64,000 nucleotides of DNA, from the sequence record LC727695.1; one strand, given 5' to 3'. Made by a program: the position numbers and the translations under genes. Below are positions 10,713 through 22,044 of the stretch, piece after piece. How positions within the stretch are numbered: the stretch's first letter is position 1; every line of letters starts with the position of its first letter. The notes under the pieces were generated by a model. That model was not told the DNA's origin and did no database searches. It was given only the letters and a program-made list of their open reading frames with translations.

Positions 10713-11525
10713 ATGCAACCATATTCTAATTTTTCTGGTTTGCAACAGCGTACTAATAACCAAGTAGTTATCGGCAGTGATATGTTAGCCGGTACTAATA
10801 AAAAAGGTGTATTAGTACCTGATGCGGATGGTTACTATCTAACTCCACTAGGAGCTTATGGTACCCGAAATTCAGCTGGTATGTTCTATGAAATGGCATC
10901 CGGCGTATCTATGTTTAATCCAGACTCACCTTTAATGCGCCGTGTTAAAAAGGGTGTTCTATTCATGGAATACAAACACCCTGAACCCTATCGTAAAGAT
11001 GGCACACGGATGAATGAACATGAGTACCTAATGCGAATTCGTCAAATCGATGATGATCGTGTGTGTGCGCATATTAAGGAACTTATTCTGGTTGATTCTA
11101 CAGATGAGAAAGGTCTTCCTATTAAACTAGTACTTGGCAAATGCAAACCATACGGTCCTTTTGGTAAGTACTTCGAAGCATCTATTACCAATCCTTCTCA
11201 GAATACTTATTGCTCGGTAAGGTCAATAACTCAAGATGATCCTATGCGCGGTATCAAATATACCCGTGAGATTTCAACTTGGGATATGGTTGGGGAAGGT
11301 GGTATTTACGGTGCTAATAAATGGAATTCCCCTGCATTAGAGAACTATGAAGATCAATTAATGGTTATCACGCCTGATACTCTATATCAGGTACAGCGTG
11401 AACGTGAACGTCAAATTAACATGGGTTTTGAATGTTCTGATATCACCAATGTGACAGATCTAGCGAAAAGTCTTGGCTGGGATATTTCACCAGTTAAACA
11501 TAGGCGCCCTGGCTTCATGCGTTAA
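10713..11525 (+). CDS. gp175: Prohead maturation protease
   Basis: 270 aa with EYKHP, YCSVRS and STWDMV motifs; C-terminal ALE self-cleavage-type site; phiKZ synteny. Confidence 0.85.
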   Translation: MQPYSNFSGLQQRTNNQVVIGSDMLAGTNKKGVLVPDADGYYLTPLGAYGTRNSAGMFYEMASGVSMFNPDSPLMRRVKKGVLFMEYKHPEPYRKDGTRMNEHEYLMRIRQIDDDRVCAHIKELILVDSTDEKGLPIKLVLGKCKPYGPFGKYFEASITNPSQNTYCSVRSITQDDPMRGIKYTREISTWDMVGEGGIYGANKWNSPALENYEDQLMVITPDTLYQVQRERERQINMGFECSDITNVTDLAKSLGWDISPVKHRRPGFMR

Positions 11526-11545
11526 AAATAAAAAAAAGACATAAT

Positions 11546-11566
11546 GCCCTCCCGTAATGGGAGGGC
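11546..11566. terminator. Conserved GC hairpin, bidirectional terminator
   Basis: gccctccc-gtaat-gggagggc between convergent genes, with an A-run upstream. Confidence 0.8.
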
Positions 11567-11574
11567 TTATGCTG

Positions 11575-12711
<1,137 letters not shown>

Positions 12712-12721
12712 TTAAAAACTA

Positions 12722-13648
12722 CTATTTTTTATAAGCAATAAATTTTCCAATATGCTTGAATCCCTTACAACTAATAGTAACTTTAATCGGATATTTAGCC
12801 TTCATTACATAAATTAACCTGGACATATTAAACGGCGCATAAAGTATAAAATCATTATCTACCATTTCTTTATGGAATGCATTAATCTTATCTTGGACTA
12901 GTTTAATATAATCCTCATCATTAATAATACTTTGTTTATCTGAAATAACAATCTTATCTACAGTATCGCCTTCAGCACATAGTCTTTCATATACCTCAGT
13001 ACGGATAAATGTATTAACTGCGATATATGTATTTTCTGTTACTTGTGTAGCTTGTGCACTATAAATATCACTAATACAGTAATTAGGTTTATATGGACCA
13101 AATGGATCAATAATATCTTTAATAGATACACTCTTTTTTGGTAGAACATGGGGTGTTTCTAAAAATGAAACACTGTCATGTGCATCAATATCTAAATACT
13201 TATTGACTAGTGGGGCAACGCGGTTGAATGCCTCTTCATAGATAGCCTACATGTAGCCACGGTAATCTGGTAAAGACGCATAATAATTACGCTGAACAAC
13301 AGTCTCGCAACTACTAACATAATTATAAAAAATATCTGCGTGCCTTAAAACATTATTAAATTCATCTACGCCTAGAATTGAACTAATCCAACTAACATCA
13401 TTATCGTGGATAAATATAGCTAAACGAAGGTTTTGCCGTTTTGGATTAGTTTCATCTTGGAATGGATATGTTGTATATAGCTCAGTGATAGCTTGTTTAA
13501 CTACATCAGGTGATTCATTGAAAAATTCTTTTGAGAATTGATCAATTGACATATTTTGTCTTTGCTGATATAGTTCATTAATACGTGCTTCTACTTGCAC
13601 AAGGAAGTTAATCTTTTTACTGATTTTAAGGCTATGTTCAGTATGCAT
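12722..13648 (-). pseudogene. Hypothetical gene of about 308 aa interrupted by one in-frame TAG at 13247-13249
   Basis: ...TAC ATG TAG GCT ATC TAT GAA...; the same frame continues for 174 sense codons to a TAG at 12722-12724. Confidence 0.7.
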
Positions 13649-13652
13649 TAAG

Positions 13653-14093
13653 TTATCTCTGTTTGATTGATTTAATAACATCACAAACAATTTCAAACCA
13701 TTCTTTTTCTTGAATGGTTAGGTTTGCTCCTGATAAAACTAATGGACCAAAACTTTTTGCTTTAAATAAAACGAATGGTCGACTATTAAGATTTAATAAT
13801 AGGGTATCACGAAGGATATTGGTAAGTCCATCTACGTATTGATACTTTAAACCATAGTCTAATTTATAATGGGAATTAACCTCTGGTTGAAGAAAAGCCT
13901 TTTCTTTTTTACCAGTGATGAGATACATCCGAAGACCTTTGAATGAAAAGAAATTCTCATTATCAAGTGTGGTCTTCTTCTCTTTTCCATTAAACTGAAA
14001 TAGATCAGGGAGCGTTGTATTACCGCTCTGATCTACAATGATGCTATCTACAGGATAATTATTTTGTACCCATGGGGTTTCTGGATTATTCAT
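13653..14093 (-). CDS. Hypothetical protein, 146 aa
   Basis: Start MNNPETPW at 14093 with GGAG RBS; overlaps the upstream stop. Confidence 0.7.
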   Translation of the reverse strand: MNNPETPWVQNNYPVDSIIVDQSGNTTLPDLFQFNGKEKKTTLDNENFFSFKGLRMYLITGKKEKAFLQPEVNSHYKLDYGLKYQYVDGLTNILRDTLLLNLNSRPFVLFKAKSFGPLVLSGANLTIQEKEWFEIVCDVIKSIKQR

Positions 14094-14847
14094 TTGAATT
14101 AGGCTCCACCCAATGAGGATCAGGTACAGGAACAATATGCACACTGTCCTCTAGTTTATCTCGAAGATTAGGATCATCAGTCCATTGTAGAGAAAGAGTG
14201 TATCTCTCCTCTTTAGGCCGTAGTAGTAGGAATCCACGTCTTAATGTATTCCAAGACATATTGGGCGATAGTAAACCACGCCTTTGTGTATTAGCCAATG
14301 AGGTAAGTTTCTTTTTATCCAATCCTACAAGGTTGACTGGATTATTTAAAAACTCTTCCCATAGCTTATCCCACTTCTCCTGGTTAATTCCTTCTTTCCA
14401 GAGAATATGCCTATACAGATGGGCCATTGTAGTTGTAGCTGGTTTTTGATTCTTAAAAATTTCACATTCTTCATAGGGGAAATCATTTGCAGAGCAAGTT
14501 ACCTCATCTTCAGTTGGATCGATATTGATCGTATAAACTGAATCAGGTTTTGATGTACCCCAAATCAGACGTACCTCTAATGTTGCTTTAACAGGTGATA
14601 AGAAATCAATAGCTTTCTTAAAGCCATCCCAACTCATTGTATCAGCTTTAAGTGCTTTATTAAGATTACCTTTATCTGGGTTATTCTTGTTATGTGGTTT
14701 TTGAAAGTATGCATTCAAACGTTTATCCCAAGCAAACTGTGTCATATTACGCCACAGTAGTACTTCCCGGAAAACATAACACAAAACCCCTTCTGCCTGC
14801 CTTAATCCTTTTTGAGGATCGCTTAATAAGTCTTTTACAGATTCCAT
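14086..14847 (-). CDS. Hypothetical protein with an internal two-domain duplication, 253 aa
   Basis: Two related halves, each containing MSW..F/L and ending in a W. Confidence 0.75.
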   Translation of the reverse strand: MESVKDLLSDPQKGLRQAEGVLCYVFREVLLWRNMTQFAWDKRLNAYFQKPHNKNNPDKGNLNKALKADTMSWDGFKKAIDFLSPVKATLEVRLIWGTSKPDSVYTINIDPTEDEVTCSANDFPYEECEIFKNQKPATTTMAHLYRHILWKEGINQEKWDKLWEEFLNNPVNLVGLDKKKLTSLANTQRRGLLSPNMSWNTLRRGFLLLRPKEERYTLSLQWTDDPNLRDKLEDSVHIVPVPDPHWVEPNSNE

Positions 14848-14917
14848 CTTTTTTACACCTACGGTGAATTGATAATAAACACACTTTATATTAATTTATA
14901 CTTGTATAGTCTGCACC

Positions 14918-15442
14918 TCATAGTAACTTAATAATTGCTCTTGATAGTTCAATAATATCATAGTACATTCTATCCATCTGGCGCTGATATGCTTGATGGT
15001 TAATCTGTTCAAGATATTCAGTTTGTTGCCAAATTAAGTCACGCATAGTTTCAATAGATTTACATACATCAATAAAACTATCATTACTGTTTATAAAATA
15101 TTCATCAAGGTCAATTGATTTCCTGTCGATAAACTCAGTACGACACATTTCACTAATCTTTAGATCATCTTCATTTGCAATATGATCATTTAACCTAGTT
15201 AGAGCATCTAATAAATAACCAATACTGTAATGTCTTAGATAGACAGGAACACCTATCATCTTCCTGATGGTCAGAGTTTTTAATTCATCCAGATTAATTA
15301 ATTGCCAGAAATTATTAATAGCTTTTAATCGTTCTTCACCTGAAATAATATCTTTATCTATCCGTTCTAATTCAGTTAGAAGTTGTTCTTTACCAACTTC
15401 CTTTTGGAAGCCCCGGAAATATTGAATAAGTTTCTTAAACAT
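14918..15442 (-). CDS. Hypothetical helical protein, 174 aa
   Basis: ORF track; typical phage codon usage; AGGT RBS. Confidence 0.7.
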   Translation of the reverse strand: MFKKLIQYFRGFQKEVGKEQLLTELERIDKDIISGEERLKAINNFWQLINLDELKTLTIRKMIGVPVYLRHYSIGYLLDALTRLNDHIANEDDLKISEMCRTEFIDRKSIDLDEYFINSNDSFIDVCKSIETMRDLIWQQTEYLEQINHQAYQRQMDRMYYDIIELSRAIIKLL

Positions 15443-15521
15443 GATATAGGACCTATTTTTCAGATACTTAGCATATGGTAAGTATGTTAGGTATTACTAT
15501 TACTAATTAGAGGATAATAAA

Positions 15522-16037
15522 ATGTTCCATGGTGCAGATTTATCTGATGAGCCTTTAGAAAAGAAATCATCAACTACAGAAGAAAAGGTATATGCTGATC
15601 TAGAATATGAGCAGCAGATACGGTATACACAATCAGTTAAAGAGAAAGTACTAAAAGCTGTATTAGAAAATACAACTGGTAAAGTACCTACTGATAAAGA
15701 ATCAGTTGATATGATTCTTAAATTAACAGATTCAATGGATAAGACAACAATTGCTAACCGTCGTATTCAAGTTGATTCTGAGGGTGCACGCTCTAACCGT
15801 GAACTTGCTGAAGGCTTTGCTGAATTCGTTAAGATGCAAATGAACCGTAATCCATTAATACGTGATCCGAATGATGTCCCTGCAACACCACGTGAGATTC
15901 CAGATATTCCTGATGAGGAATTTGAGAATTACACTATTGAAGAAGGTGAAACTGAAATCGGTATCATCATGGAGGAATCCAATGCATTTATGGAGCGGAT
16001 GGATGCTGCACGAGAAAAAGAATTAGAAAACGATTGA
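15522..16037 (+). CDS. Hypothetical acidic protein, 171 aa
   Basis: GAGG RBS; followed by a conserved hairpin. Confidence 0.75.
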   Translation: MFHGADLSDEPLEKKSSTTEEKVYADLEYEQQIRYTQSVKEKVLKAVLENTTGKVPTDKESVDMILKLTDSMDKTTIANRRIQVDSEGARSNRELAEGFAEFVKMQMNRNPLIRDPNDVPATPREIPDIPDEEFENYTIEEGETEIGIIMEESNAFMERMDAAREKELEND

Positions 16038-16052
16038 TATTAACGACATATA

Positions 16053-16073
16053 GCCCTCCCGTAATGGGAGGGC
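16053..16073. terminator. Conserved GC hairpin, bidirectional terminator
   Basis: gccctccc-gtaat-gggagggc between convergent genes. Confidence 0.8.
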
Positions 16074-16082
16074 GTTATGCAC

Positions 16083-16781
16083 TTAATACAAATCGATATC
16101 TAATACATCACCAACTGTATTTACGATTACTTCAACAGGTGGTAGCTCAATATTACCAATTGATTTCTTAATAACATTCATTTGGTTAATAACTTGATTA
16201 TGATCAGATGTTACTTTAAGAGCTAATAGTCCAATAGCAGTTAAACTTACGATTGCAGTTGAGTTATCTGAAATAGTTTCATATGCAGCTTTACCTACTT
16301 TCTTAATAGTTTTAAATAGAGTAGGTTTATTTTGACGAATTAGTTTTCGTTCTTTTGCTTTAGCTAGCTCATCATCAAATTCTTTATTAAAGCTACGGCG
16401 TTTACTCCAATCATAAACACCTGGTGAAACTTCTTCAAAATTGGAAGAGATTGCACCAAAATCACTAGCATGGCTAAACATCCATTTAAAGATAAAGCGA
16501 TTAGAAAGAACCCACGCCTGTAGATTAGTTTCTGCATCGTTGATTAGTTTAATAGCATCGCTTCCAGTAGCCACTTGGCCATTAGCTTTAACAAATAAAA
16601 TCAGTCTTACAGTAGTACCATTGATTACTGTGTTATTCACATTTGCAATCCTGGTATAAATTTCTTTAATAATTCGCTTTTGTTTATCTAAATCAGCACC
16701 ATTTAAACGAATATTAAATTGACGGTCTAATACGGCCATTGCAGTTTCCTCTAGGGTTATTGTACCTAAAGTATACTGCAT
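16083..16781 (-). CDS. Early hypothetical protein with a C-proximal hydrophobic segment, 232 aa
   Basis: Segment STAIVSLTAIGLLALKV. Confidence 0.7.
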   Translation of the reverse strand: MQYTLGTITLEETAMAVLDRQFNIRLNGADLDKQKRIIKEIYTRIANVNNTVINGTTVRLILFVKANGQVATGSDAIKLINDAETNLQAWVLSNRFIFKWMFSHASDFGAISSNFEEVSPGVYDWSKRRSFNKEFDDELAKAKERKLIRQNKPTLFKTIKKVGKAAYETISDNSTAIVSLTAIGLLALKVTSDHNQVINQMNVIKKSIGNIELPPVEVIVNTVGDVLDIDLY

Positions 16782-16788
16782 GACCGTA

Positions 16789-17217
16789 TTATTTTAATTT
16801 TTTACATGCTTTATAAAACCGTGTACCAACGTACAAAATAAACCCGCCAATAACAGCAACTGATGTGATTGTTTCCAGCGGCATGCGCTTAGCGGGTTCT
16901 TCAATTGGTACTGTAACAGCTGGTAATTCAATTCTTTTCTCAATAACTTTTTTACCAGTTAACTTATAATAAACATCTGGTTCTAATGTTATCGATTCAA
17001 GAATCTGATTACTACATGGATAGCGTGTGACGCCTCCATGTCCATCTGCAACATAGAAGCTGAATGTATCGCCTACACGATGTAAGTCAACCACACTACC
17101 CATATATGTCATATGAGCTGGATAGAGTTCTGCCTTGACCTTTCCATCGTTGAATAAGTCAATGACGGAACTCTTCTTTAGCTCACCCATTAAGTTTGCT
17201 AAAGTGAATGCCGCCAT
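16789..17217 (-). CDS. Early hypothetical protein with a C-terminal membrane anchor, 142 aa
   Basis: TITSVAVIGGFILYVGT followed by a basic tail. Confidence 0.7.
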   Translation of the reverse strand: MAAFTLANLMGELKKSSVIDLFNDGKVKAELYPAHMTYMGSVVDLHRVGDTFSFYVADGHGGVTRYPCSNQILESITLEPDVYYKLTGKKVIEKRIELPAVTVPIEEPAKRMPLETITSVAVIGGFILYVGTRFYKACKKLK

Positions 17218-17235
17218 TAGCGATAACCCTATTAT

Positions 17236-17442
17236 TTAATCGACTTGTTGAGCACTATCATCAATATCGATTTTATCTAGCTCATCAGTTAGAATATCTA
17301 CTTCACTGTCTAGTACCGTATCATCATCAGCTACGGTGTCATCAATAACGGTTGATTTAGAAACGGCCTTATATAGATTAATAGCGGCAACAGCGAGGGC
17401 ACCAGTTGAGATAATTGCAGCTGCGATCTTTAGTACTTTCAT
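17236..17442 (-). CDS. Early small membrane protein, 68 aa
   Basis: N-terminal IAAAIISTGALAVAAINLY, then an Asp-rich tail; AGGA RBS. Confidence 0.7.
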   Translation of the reverse strand: MKVLKIAAAIISTGALAVAAINLYKAVSKSTVIDDTVADDDTVLDSEVDILTDELDKIDIDDSAQQVD

Positions 17443-17498
17443 TTTCTATTTTTCCTAATCATTAAGTTTTAATAAGTATCCAATATAGATACATGTCT

Positions 17499-17506
17499 GT
17501 AATATA
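17499..17506 (-). promoter_or_regulatory. phiKZ-type early promoter core TATATTAC
   Basis: gtaatata on the + strand is TATATTAC on the - strand; AT-rich intergenic site upstream of the three-gene cluster. Confidence 0.7.
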
Positions 17507-17553
17507 GATCTTAAACTTTTTTTAGTGTAATAAAAAAATTAATGCGATATAAA

Positions 17554-17574
17554 CCCCCTCCCGAAGGAGAGGGT
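17554..17574. terminator. GC hairpin of the conserved family, imperfect copy
   Basis: ccccctcc-cgaa-ggagagggt; the A-run on its left gives a U-tract for - strand transcripts. Confidence 0.6.
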
Positions 17575-17584
17575 AATATGTATA

Positions 17585-17980
17585 TCAGTATTCCATCGAA
17601 GTTAATACTCGATAATGATCTAATAGTAAATCAATAACAGAGTAAAAAGAATCACAGTTGAATTGCGTATCTATATTTGCAGATACTCCAGTAATACGAT
17701 TGATAATATGGAGACACTTAATATCTCCACCACGTTGTCTGATAAAAACAACTGCCCACACTGGCCACGTACTATCTGGTGTGGTGTCTTGAATAACTAA
17801 TCTGTAATACCCATCATTTACTGTTTCAATGGATGCTTGGATTGGATCATCTGTATAAGCCGATTCTACTTGAACATATTGATCATTATAATAAAACATT
17901 TCCTTAATAAGTTTAGCACAGGCATGTAATGTCTCCATTACCTTAGCTGAACTATTTGGATTATATTGTTGATTAAACAT
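17585..17980 (-). CDS. Early hypothetical protein, 131 aa
   Basis: GAGG RBS; has its own early promoter and terminator. Confidence 0.75.
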   Translation of the reverse strand: MFNQQYNPNSSAKVMETLHACAKLIKEMFYYNDQYVQVESAYTDDPIQASIETVNDGYYRLVIQDTTPDSTWPVWAVVFIRQRGGDIKCLHIINRITGVSANIDTQFNCDSFYSVIDLLLDHYRVLTSMEY

Positions 17981-18014
17981 GTCATTAACCTCTTAAGATA
18001 TTGTATGCATAGTA

Positions 18015-18022
18015 GTAATATA
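18015..18022 (-). promoter_or_regulatory. phiKZ-type early promoter core TATATTAC
   Basis: gtaatata on the + strand, about 35 nt upstream of the ATG at 17980. Confidence 0.7.
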
Positions 18023-18071
18023 TATCTTAATTATTTTTTAGTGTAGTTGTGAAAACTTAGAGGAATATACG

Positions 18072-18248
18072 ATGCCTAGTAAAAGTAAAAAACAACATAA
18101 CTTCATGGCTGCTGTAGCCAATGATAAGAAGTTTGCTAAGAAAGTTGGTGTACCACAATCAGTTGGTAAAGACTTTGTTGAGGCTGATAAAAATAAAAAG
18201 AGTTTTGAAAGTGTTTCACTTAATAGCACTTATAAAGATAGTTACTAA
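18072..18248 (+). CDS. Small basic protein, 58 aa (MPSKSKKQHNFMAAVANDKKFAKKVGVPQSVGKDFVEAD...)
   Basis: Read manually, below the ORF-track cutoff; GAGGA RBS; followed by a family hairpin. Confidence 0.75.
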   Translation: MPSKSKKQHNFMAAVANDKKFAKKVGVPQSVGKDFVEADKNKKSFESVSLNSTYKDSY

Positions 18249-18254
18249 TATAAT

Positions 18255-18275
18255 GCCCTCCCATTGCGGGAGGGC
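18255..18275. terminator. Conserved GC hairpin, bidirectional terminator
   Basis: gccctccc-attgc-gggagggc between convergent genes. Confidence 0.8.
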
Positions 18276-18290
18276 TTATGTTGCTTATAA

Positions 18291-20783
18291 TTATTTTAAT
18301 ACTAGATTTTTATTAAATACTTCTGGAGTACTAATATTAGCTGGATCAAGTACAATAAATTCAGCTTGGTTAAATGCACCGTGTGTTGATTCAAAGTGGC
18401 TGATGAAGAACACTTGATTAACAATGCCATTTTCAATTAACCTGTTAATGAATGGAATAGCATTGGCTCGATGTTGTTCATCAAAAGTCCTGCTAAATTC
18501 ATCTAAGAAAAGGGGCATGTCATCTAGATGTAAAAATTTCAAGATAGTCATTCTAAAAGCAAAATCAACAATCTCTAATTGTGAGTCAGACCCGTATTCA
18601 ATGTCCGGTGGCTGAACGTCACCACCTGCAATATGCATTGGGAACTTATAATCCATGCCATCTTTGTCAACATTAGAAGGTAATACTTCTAACCTATAAG
18701 TCCAAATCTCATTGATGTATGCATTTACTAGTTTAACTACTCCTTGTAAGAAACCTAATAAATAGCGACCAAGAATACCACTTTTTGGTGATAATGCTTT
18801 TTCAAGAATAGCTAAATCAGTAGCCATTTGTTGTGCATGGTTAACTTCTGATTCTAAAACTTTAATACGTTCTTCATGACGTTCCATTTCACTTAAACGA
18901 CTATGCACACTAGATAGTTCTAAGTTAACAGCATCAATCTCTGCTTGGTATGCCTTATCTACAAAGTTATCAGCTGTATCCACTATCTTTTTAATAAACT
19001 GCTCCCATCGTTCAATAAAAGAATGATACTTATCTTCCCATTCACGAATAGCATTACCAGCTTTATTGAAATGAGATGCTTTTCTTTGTAAGTCAGCTGC
19101 TACATGTGTTTTATTATTAATTTCAGTTTCTAGTGCAGTTGTACGTGCCTTAATGAACCCTAATGCATCTTGATCCATCTCAGCAATAACACGTAGTCGT
19201 TGAGCTAATAAAGTAGCTTCCGCATGAGCTTGCTTAGAGACAATGAGTTGCTGCATTGCATCTCGCCAGTCTAATGCATCATTTATATATTTTGCTGGTG
19301 TGCGATACATTACGACATGTTCAGCTACATAGTTCCATAATGTATCAAATTCGTTATACTCTTTCGTTAATTGAACGTAGCCATGTACATAACTTACATA
19401 TTCATTGAAGTCAGTCATGTACTGTTCAAGAACCTTGATCTCATTTGAACAGCTATCCATCGCTTCATCTAACTTAGCTTTGCGCTCTTCTGCTATTGTG
19501 ATATCTTGTTCACTAACACCAGGTTTAAATGAATGAGTGCATGATGGGCAAGTAATAGATGCGCATTCCTTAAATGAATTTAGGCGTTGATTAATTTGTA
19601 AATACATGCCTTCCATGGTTGAGTATTTACTTTTTAATTCTTTTAGCCTTTCTGCATTTTTAATAGCAGTTTCTTTACTTAAGTAACCATTCTCATTATT
19701 AGGAAATGTAGTGAGAAGTTTGATCCAACGATCTGAGAGATCAGTAAGTTTACCAGATGGATCACCGTTAACAGAAATGTCAACCAAAGGAAATCTACCG
19801 GTATACTTCTTATATTTACTAATAGCTTCTTCAGCAATGCGTGTATGATGTTCATGTCTGTCCTTAAGTTCTTGTATTTCTTCTGGAGACATACGTTCAG
19901 CTGTATTCGGATTAGAGCTTTTTAATTCTTCTAATTCTTCAACTAAACGTGCAATAACTGCTTGTATAGATTTATATTCTTCAATCTTCTTATTATTTAG
20001 TTCTAAGAAAGATTCATACCCATCTACTTTAACTTGAATAGGTAACATTGGAAATGACATTAACAATGAACGAGCTTCATCTAAGATAGAATCTAATTCT
20101 TTACGTGCAGTGGTTTCATCTCTAAAATGAAGGACACCTTTCTTATCACGTGTTTTATAAAGTAAATCAATACGACTAACTAACCGTTGTTTCACTTCTT
20201 TCAACTGTGTCATTTCTGAATCATTCAATACCCCATGGTGTTCTGTGACCAATCGCTTATTAATTGTTTTAACAGTACCTTGCTGGTTAGATAATTCTTT
20301 ACGTACTTTGTTATAAACATTAAATGCATAATCAAGGTTAACTACAGACATTCTAGTTAACCATGCTTTACGTTCATTAGGTTTTAACTTTGTAAAACGC
20401 ATCTTACCTGTCAACATTTCATGCAGTTCTCGGTTTAACCCGAAATGCGCCATTACAAGTCCTTCTTGTTCTTTAAAGGTATGACCACTATTTAATTCTT
20501 CATCATTACATAAAAAGGAATGATGTCCAGTGCCACGGTTATATTTAGAAATTAATTTATAGTCTTTACCATTTGCATGACAATGGAAATGTTTCTCGCC
20601 ACCTTGCTTGAAGTTTGAACTGCTAGATACAACAGGTGTCAGTTCACTAATAATAGATGATTTGCCAGAACCATTACTACCAAGTATAACCATCATCTGT
20701 TTGCTTGGAGTCCATTCAAAATAATGTGTATTATTGGCCATCAACCTAGTATAGCCAATTAGCTTAAGTAGCTTGATCTGCAT
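18291..20783 (-). CDS. sbcC: SbcC/Rad50-like SMC ATPase (gp165-like)
   Basis: Walker A GSNGSGKSS, long coiled coils, central CPSC zinc hook, Walker B LFLDE, H-loop ISH. Confidence 0.9.
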   Translation of the reverse strand: MQIKLLKLIGYTRLMANNTHYFEWTPSKQMMVILGSNGSGKSSIISELTPVVSSSSNFKQGGEKHFHCHANGKDYKLISKYNRGTGHHSFLCNDEELNSGHTFKEQEGLVMAHFGLNRELHEMLTGKMRFTKLKPNERKAWLTRMSVVNLDYAFNVYNKVRKELSNQQGTVKTINKRLVTEHHGVLNDSEMTQLKEVKQRLVSRIDLLYKTRDKKGVLHFRDETTARKELDSILDEARSLLMSFPMLPIQVKVDGYESFLELNNKKIEEYKSIQAVIARLVEELEELKSSNPNTAERMSPEEIQELKDRHEHHTRIAEEAISKYKKYTGRFPLVDISVNGDPSGKLTDLSDRWIKLLTTFPNNENGYLSKETAIKNAERLKELKSKYSTMEGMYLQINQRLNSFKECASITCPSCTHSFKPGVSEQDITIAEERKAKLDEAMDSCSNEIKVLEQYMTDFNEYVSYVHGYVQLTKEYNEFDTLWNYVAEHVVMYRTPAKYINDALDWRDAMQQLIVSKQAHAEATLLAQRLRVIAEMDQDALGFIKARTTALETEINNKTHVAADLQRKASHFNKAGNAIREWEDKYHSFIERWEQFIKKIVDTADNFVDKAYQAEIDAVNLELSSVHSRLSEMERHEERIKVLESEVNHAQQMATDLAILEKALSPKSGILGRYLLGFLQGVVKLVNAYINEIWTYRLEVLPSNVDKDGMDYKFPMHIAGGDVQPPDIEYGSDSQLEIVDFAFRMTILKFLHLDDMPLFLDEFSRTFDEQHRANAIPFINRLIENGIVNQVFFISHFESTHGAFNQAEFIVLDPANISTPEVFNKNLVLK

Positions 20784-20832
20784 GATTAACCCTTAATAAT
20801 GTCTTACTCTATAGAGTTAATAACCCTAGTAA

Positions 20833-22005
<1,173 letters not shown>

Positions 22006-22015
22006 AGAACATAAT

Positions 22016-22036
22016 GCCCTCCCACTATGGGAGGGC
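22016..22036. terminator. Conserved GC hairpin, bidirectional terminator
   Basis: gccctccc-actat-gggagggc. Confidence 0.8.
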
Positions 22037-22044
22037 TTATGCTG

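Noticed and set aside
20806-20817. Perfect 12-bp palindrome actctatagagt between the divergent sbcC and spike genes
   Set aside because: Palindromes of this length are expected many times by chance in 64 kb of AT-rich DNA, and no second copy was found.
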